DNA of 64,000 nt from Mobula hypostoma (Eukaryota), in the NCBI RefSeq assembly GCF_963921235.1, contig NC_086097.1, forward strand, positions 166,162,001 to 166,226,000, given 5' to 3'. Below the pieces are notes generated by a model, which did not search any database, was not told where the DNA came from, and saw nothing but the letters and a program-made list of their open reading frames with translations. The stretch's first letter is position 1. Every line of letters begins with the position of its first letter. The translations under genes were made by a program, and so were the position numbers. This document shows, piece after piece, positions 24,086 through 35,695 of the stretch.

Positions 24086-24609
24086 TGTTAAGGATCCGGC
24101 CTGAACACTGGGTCAAAGGGCCTCTGCTGGTAGCTCTGGATCACAACAGTCTTTAATTTCTGTTTTCTTTCACCTGGCCATGTAGGTTCTGGCCCAGCGC
24201 CTTTTCTTTTTTGGACTTCCTCCAATTACCTGCTTGTCTCCTCATTTGCACCCAACTGTTTCTAATTTTCACTCATTACCCTGTCCATTTAAACCCTGCC
24301 TTGAGGAGTATCCTCTGTTAGTTCATCCCAGTTCTAAGCTGTGTTATTCCAGCCTGTCATTGTGACTTCTGTCAACTGATTTGGCCTGATTCTGTGTTTT
24401 GGACTTTGCCTGCTCTTGGACCTGCTTTTAGCCTGTGTGCTCTGGACTGTCTGCCCTTGCCTGACTGCCTTTCCTGGTAAGACCTCTGCCTGCCATTTTG
24501 GATTTGTGTCTGTCTTCTGTTTTTGAAAGACTGTTGCCTTTGTGCTCCCTAATAATCCTGGTGAAATAGTATTCATTGGTCTGCACTTGAGCCTTGCTAG
24601 AACCTGACA
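24086..24609 (+). mobile_element. Solo LTR (524 bp)
   Basis: TGTTA...TGACA termini with a perfect 5-bp TSD GATCT (24081-24085 and 24610-24614). Confidence 0.85.
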
Positions 24610-25407
24610 GATCTCCTTACAGGCAGCCACAAAACAGAAACCATTATGAAAGAAGACTGTCAAACATCCAATGTGCAAAAAAAGAACAAATTGTGTAAAC
24701 AATTAAAAAGTAAGCTAATAACATTCAGAAATAAGGTTCACAAAAGTGAGTTCACCATCATGAAGCTGTTCACAGCCAATCCAGGAGCCGGTTAGTTGCA
24801 GGCCCCAGCACAGAAATGAGTAATCCTTGCCGAGCAGCGAGCTGAACACTGCCCCATCCCTTGCCTCCAGCCTGGGCCCTGTGGCTTCTGGTTGGCCTGT
24901 ACCTGACTTTTCCAGTCTGGTCCAGTGCTTTAATCAGTCAAACATCTGCTTGTTCCACTCTCTCAGGTATGGCCCCTGCTACCTCAACTCTGCCTTGGCT
25001 TGGCTCGGCTCACCTCACTTCACCTCCGATTTGCCGCTTTAAGTTTGCTCCAAGTCCACTTAGTAGTGGCCATATGTTGGCTCACGCCCTGCTCTTGAGC
25101 CTAGGCCTTATGCCTCCATTTGGCCCATACACACCATGCTGCAACCATCCTGCACTTCTGAGACTTCAGTTCACGTTGCAAAAATGCCAGGTTGTAGAGG
25201 CAGTTCAAATGCTCAGCTCCAAAAGGGAAGTACCAGACTATTGATTGCCATGATCATTTTGGAGAAAATGTGTGATTAATAAAGTAATCAGTAGTTTTGT
25301 TTGCTGCCAACAAGTCGTCGTTGTGTTTCATCAGCCTGATCTTCAACCAGAAGACTTTGTCATGCCTCCTCATTGTCCATTTGCCATGCACATTCTCTGC
25401 AACACTA

Positions 25408-28330
25408 TATAGAAACATAGAACACCTACAGCACAGTACAGGTCCTTTGGCCCACAAAGCTGTGCTGAACATGTACTTGCCTTAGAAATTACCTAGAGTT
25501 ACCCATAGCCCTCTATTTTTCTAAGCTCCATATACCTGTCCAGGAGTCTCTTAAAAGACCCTATCGTATCTGCCTCCACCACTATCGCCAGCAGCCCATT
25601 CCATGCACTCACCACTCTCTGCATTTTTTTTTAAAAAAAAACTTACCCCTGACATCATCTCTATACCTACTTCCAAGCATCTTAAAACTGTGCCCTCTCA
25701 TGCTTGCCATTTCAGCCCTGGGGAAAAAGCATCTGACTATCCACACGATCAATGCCTCTTCATTATCTTGTACACCTCTATCAGGTCACCACTCGTCCTC
25801 CGTCGCTCCAAGGAGAAAAGGTCAAGTTCACTCAATCTATTTTCATAAGGCATACCCCAAATTCCAGGCAACATCCTTGTAAATCTCCTCTGCACCCTTT
25901 CTATGGTTTCCACATCCTTCCTGTAGTGAGGCAATCAGAACTGAGCACAGTACTCCAAGTGGGGTCTGACCAGGGTCCTATATAGCTGCAACATTACCTC
26001 TCGGCTCCTAAGCTCAATCCCATGATTGATGAAGGCCAATGTACCGTATGCCGCCTTAACCACACAACCTGTGCACCAGCTTTGAGTGTTCTATGGACTT
26101 GGACCCGAAGATTCCTCTGATCTTCCACACTGCCAAGAGTCTTACCACTAATACTATATTCTGTCATCATATTTGACCTACCAAAATGAACCACCTCACA
26201 CTTATCTGGGTTGAAATCCATCTGCCATTTCTCAGCCCAGTTTTGCATCCTATCAATGTCCCGCTGTAACCTCTGAAAGCCCTCCACACTATCCACAGCA
26301 CCCCCAATCTTTGTCATCAGCAAATCCAATTCCTCATCCAGGTCATTTATAAAAATCACGAAGAATAGGGGTCCCATAACGGATCCCTGAGGCACACCAC
26401 TGGTCACTGATGTCCATGCAGAATATGACCCATCTACAACCACTCTTTGCCTTCTGTGGGCAAGCCAATTCTGGACCCATAAAGCAAGGTCCCCTTCGAT
26501 CTCATGCCTTCTTACTTTCTCAATAAGCATGGTATGGGGTACCTTATCAAATGCCTTGCTGAAATCCAGATACACTACATCTACTGCTCTACCTTCATCA
26601 AAATGTTTAGTCACATCCTCAAAAAATTCAATCAGGCTTGTAAGGCGCGACCTGCCTTTGACTAAGCCATGCTGACTATTCCTAATCATGTTATGCCTCT
26701 CCAAATGTTCATAAATCCTGCCTCTCAAGATCTTTTCCGTCAATTTACCAATTGCTGAGGTAAGACTCACTGGTCTATAATTTCCTGGGCTATCTCCACT
26801 CCCTTTCTTGAATAACGGAACAATATCTACAAACCTCCAATCCTCTGGAACCTTTCCCTTCCCCATTGATGATGCAAAGATATCGCCAGAGGCTCAGCAA
26901 TCTCCTCCCTTGCCTCCCACAGTAGCCTGGGGTACATCTTGTCCAGTCCCGGAGACTATTCCAACTTGATGCTTTCCAAAAGCTCCAGCACATCCTCTTT
27001 CTTAATGTCTATATGTTCAAGCTTTTCAATCCACTGTAAGTCATCCCTACAGTCGCCAAGATCCTTCTCCATAGTGAATACTGAAGCAAAGTTTTCATTA
27101 AGTACCTCAGCTTCCATACACACTGTTTCACTGTCACATTTGATTGGTCCTATTCTGTCACATCTTATCCTCTTGCTCCACACACATTTGTAGAATGCCT
27201 TGGGGTTTTCCTGAATTTTAAGGCCTTCTCATGGCCCCTTCTGGCTCTCCTAATTTCATTCTTAAGCTCCTTCCTGCTAGCCTTATAATCTTCTAGATCT
27301 CTATCATTACCTAGTTTTTTGGACCTTTCATAAGTTTTTCTTCTTGACTAGATTTTCAACAGCCTTTGTTCACCACAGTTCTTGTACCCTACCATCCTTT
27401 CCCTGTCTCAGAGGAACGTACCTATGCAGAACTCCACGCAAATATCCTCTGAACACTTGCCACATTTCTGCCATGCATTTCCCTGAAAACATCTGTTCCC
27501 AATTTATGCTTCCAAGTTCCTGCCTGATAGCTTCATATTTCCCGTTACTCCAGTTAAACGCTTTCCTAACTTGTCTGTTCCTATCCCTCTCCAATGATAT
27601 GGTAAAAGAGATAGAATTGTGATCACTATCTCCAAAATGCTCTCCCACTGAGAGATCTGACATCTGACCAGGTTCATTTCCCAATACCAGATCAGGTACA
27701 GCCTCTCCTCTTGTAGACTTATCTACATATTGTGTCAAGAAACCTTCCTGAACACACCTAACCAACTCCATCCCATCTAAACCCCTTGCTCTAGGGAGAT
27801 GCCAATCAATATTTGGGAAATTAAAATCTCCCACCACGACAACCCAGTTATTATTACACCTTTCCAGAATCTGTCTCCCTATCTGCTCCTCGATGTCCCT
27901 GTTACTATTGGGTGGTCTATAAAAAACACCCAGTAGAGTTATTGACCCCTTCCTGTTTCTAACTTCCACCCACAGAGACTCAGTGGACAATTCCTCATGA
28001 CTTCCTCCTTTTCTGCAGCTGTGACACTATCTCTGATCAACAGCCTCCCACCTCTTTTGCCTTCCTCCCTGTCCTTTCTGAAACGCCTAAAGCCGGGCAC
28101 TCTAAGTAACCATTCCTGCCCCAGTGCCATCCAAGTCTCTGTAATGGCCACAACATCGTAGCTCCAAATACTGATCCACTCTCCAAGCTCATCCGCTTTG
28201 TTCATGATGCTTCTTGCATTAAGATAGACATACCTCAAACCATCGGTCTGAGCGTATCTCTTCTCTATCACCTGCTTATCCTCCCTCTCACACCGTCTCC
28301 AAGCTTTCTCTACTTGTGAGCCAACCTCCC
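25408..28330 (-). mobile_element. CR1 LINE ORF2 (APE plus RT) with frameshifts and deletions
   Basis: ORFs 27939-28334, 27370-27990, 26956-27183, 25994-26866 and 25749-25934. TTCTATGT-type tail near 25410. Confidence 0.92.
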
Positions 28331-29199
28331 ACAATTCTGCATATTATTTTATTACTTTTCCCTTGTACTGCCTCAATGTGTTGAATTGATCTATATAGAT
28401 GACATGCAAAACAAAGTTTTTCACTGTACCTAGGTATATGTGACAATTTACTAGTTTACCAATTTATCAACGTAATCATGGCTGATCCACCCTGGGCATT
28501 TAGTTTTGTGTCTCCCTGTCACCCTCTAATTGCTAATTTTCGTTAAAAAGTCCATTTGCTTTTTAAATACCTCCAATGAAAAACCTTCACAACCTTCTGG
28601 GTAGAGGATTGCAGAGATTCACCATTCTCTGCGGGAAGGAATTCCTACGTACCTCAGTTTTCAATAAGAGATATCCTTAATTACAGGAAACTGAGACCCA
28701 CAGGAAGCTAGAGTGTAGTCACATTGCTACTTAATTGGCAAATGGGACAAAATGGTGTTCAGCCGTAGAGAGGCTATATAGAGAGTCCAGCGTGTGTGAT
28801 TGAGGACACAGGAGGCTGCCTTTGCTGGAATCCTGATTCAGTGCCTCGACAAAACATTGACAATTCTTGTCCTCTGACAGATATTGCTCAACCCGCTGAG
28901 TTCCTCTAGGAGTTTGTCCATTACATATGAATCATTAACAGCATACTTGGAAAGGATGGTATCGTCTTTATGGTTAACAGTATTCTTGAGAGAGTGACCA
29001 GCAATACCACTTCCATTAACAAGTCAGGTGAAAGGGCAAGATAAACTAGCAAAAAAACAATTCAGTAAAAATAACTCAAAGTGCACAAGCCTAATTCTGA
29101 TGCTACCCAAAACTGATACCTCAGCCAGATTATTTAGAAATTACATGTATAAAAAAAGACTGTCAGTCAGGGAGTCAATGAGGCAGAATACCCACTGGT

Positions 29200-29940
29200 G
29201 ACAGCTCAAGAACTTAATTGGTGGCATCATGATCTGATACTGTTGCTGGCTAAACCGAAGGTGGTGATGAACTGTCATATAGTAGAGAATTTGAAAATTT
29301 AGTTGAGTGTGCCACCACAATAACTTCTCATTCAGCATCTGCAAAACCAAAGAGATGATCATCGGCTCTATACTTCCATAGGTGCGCAGTGGAAAGTTTG
29401 CATCATCATGATCTGGTAAGGAAACTGCAACGCCCAGGAAGGGGAAAAGGCTGCAGAAAGTGGTGGATACAAGCCCAGACCATCACAGGCAAAGCCCTCC
29501 CACCACTGAGAATATTTCCATGGACGGCTGCCACAAGAAAGCAGCATGAATCATCAAAGACCCCCACCACCCGGGCCACACCCTCTTCTTGCTATTGCCA
29601 TCAGGCAGGAGGTACAGAAGCCTTAGGTTCCACAGCACCAGGTTAAAGAACAGTTCTTATCCTACAACCGTCAGGCCGCTTAGACTATGTGGATAACATT
29701 ATTCACTACTACTCTGAACTGATTTCATGGCATACAGACTCATTTTCAAGGACTCTTTACAACTCACGTTCTCAGTGTTATTTTAATTTGCAGTTTGCCT
29801 TCTTTTGCCATAGGTGTTTGTCAGTCTGTGTCTGTTTATGCATAGTTTTTTGATAAAACTAGACTGTATTTTTTTCTTCTGACCGCCTGCAAGAAAATGT
29901 TTCTCAAGGTAGTGTATGGTAACAAATATACACTTTGAAT
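29200..29940 (+). mobile_element. Degenerate Rex1/Babar-type 3' fragment
   Basis: Alternative frame reads IIKDPHHPGHTLFLLLPSGRRYRSL at about 29550-29625. Confidence 0.75.
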
Positions 29941-32237
29941 GGCAATTTGTTTATATAGAGAGCAGTGGATTCAGCCTATAAAATCTGTCTCTACCACCGG
30001 AAGTATCTACATGAGGCACTGGCTCACGAAAGCCAGATTCATCCGTGGGTCAGGCAGCATTTGTGGAGGGGAATGAAACCCTGCATCAAAACCTTTACTT
30101 TTCCCCCACAGATGCTGCTTCAGCCCCTGAATTCATCCAGCAGGATTGCTTTATTGCAGTCTGAAGTTAGTTTGACTGCGATTGGATGCAGAATTGGTCA
30201 GGAAGGAGTCTTTTGAGCATATTTTCCCAAATTGGTCTCATGTTTTCATTCGCTTTGCCAGAGACATGACTTGAGGCTGTGTCTCAATAGTGCATATGGG
30301 CCATGTCTGATGGGATCGATTTGGTGGACCAGATGGTATTGCTTTGTGAGCTCAATGTTAATTTAACATGCAATTCATTGCAGATGCTTTGCAAGTCTAC
30401 AAAGTCAAATCATCTGCAAATACTTCAAGTCAAGGATCACACAATACTACCCCCGTCTGAAACATTAAGTGCTGTCCTCATTCTCTCTGAGCTGATACAC
30501 ACCTGAGCCCTTTTTACACTACCTTTCAGAATGTTTTTCAAGCTTTCTAAACATCAAACTTTTCCCTGCATTTCTATCTGCTAAAGTAATGTCACCTGCT
30601 CAAAATCTTGTGGTTTATTAAAAATTTAAAACATAACAGGTTCAACCTTTTTTGCATTGAAGAGGAGAGAAATATGAGTCAGTGAACATCTGTTCAAAAT
30701 ATAAGGATGACATAGTCGTCAATTCTCTGCTTTCAATCCAGTATTGAAGATTAAACCACTGGAAATATTGAAGATGACAGAAGTAATCATTTTTGATGTA
30801 TTATTTTGAAAAATCAAATTTTAATACCAGACCTAATTAAGGTATGCTTTTGTTTTTCACCTGCAACATGAATAAAGTTGATTCCTTGATATTTGAATTT
30901 GAAACAGTTCAAAACTGTGTATGTACTCAGAGAAAGCAGATGACAAGAATTTTTGTTTGTAAGCAGAGGATACTGATCACATCAAAATGTGAAGGTGGAT
31001 ATATGAGAGCCCCAAACAGAATAATGATAATGAATGCTGGTAGCATCAGCAGTTCAGGAAACATTAGCATCAACTTAAGGAGATACTTTCATCATTTTTG
31101 TTGTTATTTCAGATTTCCAGAATCTGTGAGATTATCCTTGCGTTATTTGAATTTTCCAACGTTATTTGAAATCTGAGCTTCATGTTAAGTATTGCTCACG
31201 ATTGCTGTAGGCTTGAAGCATTCCAAGAATTTTACATGGAGAAAGAATGACTGCAGAAACTGGTTTCCATGAATCCCTATGGTAATAAACTCAGGATGTT
31301 CACATTCAAACATACTGGAATGCTCACGCTTGACCCCGGTCTAATCATAACTCAGTTGGTTTTGTAGAGGCTGTGACAAAATGGAAGTTTTTTTTTGCCT
31401 TAGATGCATGATTTAGTTTGCCATGGATCTCTGTCACAATATCCTGAAAGACTGGGCAGTGCAGCAGGGTGGGCAGAGTGAGAAGGTTAAAAACAGACAT
31501 ACTCAAAGTCACAACTGGGTCCTGTCCACAGACAGCTTGAAATGCAACAGGGCTGTTCCAACATCTGTGTAAGCATGCATTAGTGAACCAGAAGCAAACC
31601 GTACGGGCCGGCATGCGCATATTGCACAAACTCAAATCTGATAAAGGCCCTCACCATCCAGGACATGCACTCTTCTCATTACTACCATCATGGAGGTCTA
31701 ACGGGAGCTCGAAGATCAGTCTCAATGTTTTAGAAACAACTTCCCCCCTCTGCCGTCAGATTTCTGAATGGTCAAGGACCCCATGAACACTAACTGGCTA
31801 TCCCTGTTCTGCACTGTTTCTTTCTTTATTTTTATTGTAACTTATATAATTCGTTATTCCTACACCGTACTGATGCCACAAAACAGCAAATTTTACCACT
31901 AGTGTCAGTGATTCTGATTCTGATTTTGTTTCAGTGAGAACTGCTCGACACTGAAATAAGCAGAACTAATTTCCAGGGATGTGGGACGAACACAGGCAAA
32001 TGGACTGGACTAGGTGGACATGTTGGTTAGTATGGCTGAGTGGGCTGAAGGGCTGCTTCCAGGTTATATTACTGTCTGACCCTGTTAATACAGTTTCACA
32101 TGCAGAGGCCAGTGGAAGTTTGGAACTCTCATCCATAGACGGCAATAGATGTGAGACGAATTGTTTGTTGTTTATGACAATAATAAATTTTCGATTAATT
32201 AGGACATTAAGAGATTTGGGAACTGTTGAGTATATGT

Positions 32238-32592
32238 GTATATACTGTTGAGTAAATGGACGAAACGAATATCTAACGGGGATGCCATGAACGGAGCAAA
32301 CACAAAAAGAGAAATAATGTATGAGATCATGAAAAGGCAACGTAACTTCATTGGACATGTGATTAGGAAAGAGGAGTTAGAATGTATGGTAATTATGGGA
32401 AAGATTGAAAGGAAGAAAGCAAGGGGAAGACAAAGACAACTGATGATGGAGACAGCAGCCAGAGAACTGGAAATGAATACGAATGAATTGATCCACTTGA
32501 CCCGAAACAGGAGTGTGTGGGCCATGGCAGTCAAAGCTCAAACTGGGCACGGCACCTGATGATGATGATGATGATGATGATGACGATGATGA
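32238..32592 (+). mobile_element. RTE-clade LINE 3' fragment with (GAT)n tail
   Basis: ORF 32236-32559 (WTKRISN...FIGHVIRKEELE...GKIERKKARGRQR). 11-bp TSD TGAGTATATGT at 32227-32237 and 32593-32603. Confidence 0.88.
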
Positions 32593-32810
32593 TGAGTATA
32601 TGTAATTAAGTCACAGACCAGCCATAACCTTCATAAAGTTTATAGAATTCATAGAGTCATACGATACAGTCCAGATCTACACCAACTGTCACACACCTTG
32701 GGTAACTACACTAATCCTACATTTCCTTTCATATTCTAATCAACTCCCCCTCCCTTCTCCTACCATTCACTTACACTAGGGACAATTTACAATAGCTGAT
32801 CATCATATCT

Positions 32811-35695
32811 TCAGAATCAGAATCAGGTTTATTATCACCGGCATGTGACGTGAAATTTGTTAACTTAAGTAGCAGCAGTTCGATACAATACATAATAGAG
32901 AAGGAAAAAAAATAAATAAGTAAATCTTATTCAGTATACTTTATACCAAATACATATTTAGATTTAGATTATAAGGACACTCAGTCCTTGTTTATTGTCA
33001 TTTAGAAATGCATGCATTAAGAAATGATACAATGTTCTGAATAGATTAAAAATCATGCAAAAACAGAAATATTATATATTTTAAAAAAGTGAGGTAGAGT
33101 CCAGGGTTCAATGTCCATTTAGGAATTGGATGGCAGAGGGGAAGAAGCTGTTCTTGAATTGCTGAGTGTGTGCCTTCAGTCTTCAGTACCTCCTACCTGA
33201 TGGTAATAGTGAGAAAAAGACATGCCCTGGGTGCTGGAGGTCCTCAATAATGGACGCTGCCTTTCTGAGACACCGCTCCTTGAAGATGTCCTGAGTACTT
33301 TGTAGGCTAGAACCCAAGATGGAGCCGACTAAATTTACAACCCTCTGCAGCTTCTTTCGGTCCTGTGTAGTAGCTGTCCCCCTCCCCGCATACCAGACAG
33401 TGATGCAGCCTGACAGAATGCTCTCCATGGTACATCTATAAAAGCTTTTGAGTGTATTTGTTGAAATACCAAATCTCTTCAAACTCCCAATGAAATATAT
33501 TCGCTGTCTTGCCTTCTTTATAACTATATATGAAACAATGCCGATTGGGGACAGATTCGTGATTCCACGCAGGAAATGTGGCTGCAGATCAGGGATACAA
33601 ATATGTTTAAGGAAATGGGGTTTTAAACTCCCAATACTGACTATCTTGCTGGCAAACGTGCAGTCTCTGGTGAATAAAATCGATGATCTCAGAGCTAGGT
33701 TGCTGAATCAGCGAGATATTTGGACCCCCATGTCAGACAGTGATACAGCCTGTCAGAATGCTCTCCATGCTACATCTATAGAAGTTTTTGAGTGTATTTG
33801 TTGACATACCAAATCTCTTCAAACTCCTAATGAAGTATAACTGCTTTCTTTATAACCGTATCGATATGTTGGGACCAGGTTAGGTCCTCAGAGATCTTCA
33901 CACCCAGGAACTTGAAACTGCTCACTTTCTCCACTTCTGATCCCTCTATGAGAATTGGCATCTGTTCCTTTGTTTTACCTTTCATGAAGTCCACAATCAG
34001 CTCTTTCATCTTACTGACATTGAGTGCCAGGTTGTTGCTGCGACACCACTCCACTAGTTGGCATATCTCATTTCTGTTGTCACCACTAAGATTCTACCAA
34101 CAATGGTTGTATCATCAGCAACTTTATAGATGGTATTTGAGCTATGCTTAGCCACACAATCATGGTTGTAAAGAGAGTAGAACAGTGGGCTAAGCACACG
34201 CCCCTGAGGTGCAGCAGTGTTGATTGTCATCGAGGAGGAGATGTTATCACCAACCCACACAGATTGTGGTCTTCTGCTTAGGAAGTCGAGGATCCAATTG
34301 CTGAGGGAGGTACAGAGGCCCAGGTTCTGCAGCTTCTTAATCAGGATTGTGGGAATGATGGTATTAAATGCTGAGCTATAGTTGATGAACAGCATCCTGA
34401 CATAGGTGTTTATGTTGTCCAGGTGGTCTAAAGCCGTGTGAAGAGCCATTATAATTGCATCTGCCATTGATCTATTGTGGTGATAGACAAATTGCAATGG
34501 GTCCAGGTCCTTGCCAAGGCAGTTCAGTCTAATCATGACCAATCTCTCAAAGCATTTCATCACTGTAGATATGAGTGCTACCGGGGGATAGTCATTAAGG
34601 CAGCTCATGTTATTCTTTGTAGATACTGGTATAATTGTTGCCTTTTTGAAACAAGTGGAAACTTCTGCCCGTAGCAGTGAGAGGTTGAAAATGTCCTTGA
34701 ATACTCCTGCCAGTCGGCTGGCACAAGTTTTCAGATCCTTACCAGATACTCCATTGGGACCTTCTGCCTTGCAAGGGTACACTCTCTTTAAAGAGAGAAT
34801 AACATCAGCCTCTGAGACAGAGATCACAGGGTCATCAGGTGCAGCAGGGATCTTCACAGCTCTAGTTGTACTCTTCCTTTCAAAGCATGCATAGAAGGCA
34901 TTGAATTCATCTGGTAGTAAATCATTGCTGCCATTCATGCTACTGGGTTTCGCTTTGTAGGAAGTAATATCTTACAAGTCCTGCCAGAGTTGTCATGCAT
35001 CCGATGTCGCCTCCAACCGCGTTTGAAATTGTCTCTTCACCCTTGAAATAGCCCTCTGCATGTCATACCTGGTTTTCTGGTACAGGCCTAGATCATCAGA
35101 GTTGAATGCCACAGATCTAGCCTTCAGCAGATGATGTACCTCCTGGTTCATCCACAGCTTTTGGTTTGGGAATGTACAGTAAGTCTTTGTAGGCACACAC
35201 TCATCCACACAAGTCTTAATGAAGTTGATAACAACTGCAGCATACTCATCCAGATTCAAAGATGAATCCCTGAATACAGTCCAGTCCACCGATTCAAAGC
35301 AGTCCAGTAGGTGCTCCTGTGCTTCCCTTGTCCATACCTTCTTGGTCCTTACTACTGATGCTGCAGTCTTCAGTCTCTGCCTATACTCAGGGAGTAGAAG
35401 TACAGCCAGGTGATCAGATTTCCTGAAGTGAGGGCGACGAATAGCATGGTAGGCATTCTTTTTTTTGTAATTTATTTTTTATTGAATTTCATTCCTGATG
35501 GTGGTGTAGCAATGGTCCAGTGTGTTGTTTCCTCTGGTATTGCAAGTGATCTGTTGATGATAATTGCTTCGTGATTTTTTCAGACTGGCCTGGTTAAAAT
35601 CTCACAAAACAGTGGTGAAGGCATTAGGATGCGTTGTTTCATGCATGTTGATCCCATTGCTCAGATCATCTAAAGCCTGATTGACATTGGCCTGA
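32811..35695 (-). mobile_element. Rex1/Babar-clade LINE complex (APE remnant, RT, 3' tail (GATTCT)n) with an internal duplication and an inverted segment
   Basis: ORFs 34993-35289, 34054-34938 (VRMLFINYSSAFNTIIP, PQGRVLSP, KVADDTTIVG), 33827-34054 and 33183-33482. Confidence 0.9.
35461..35489 (-). mobile_element. About 29-bp poly(A)-tailed L1-like micro-insertion
   Basis: Reverse complement AAATTCAATAAAAAATAAATTACAAAAAA. Flanked by CATTCTT/CATTCCT, and it interrupts Rex1 coding sequence. Confidence 0.65.
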
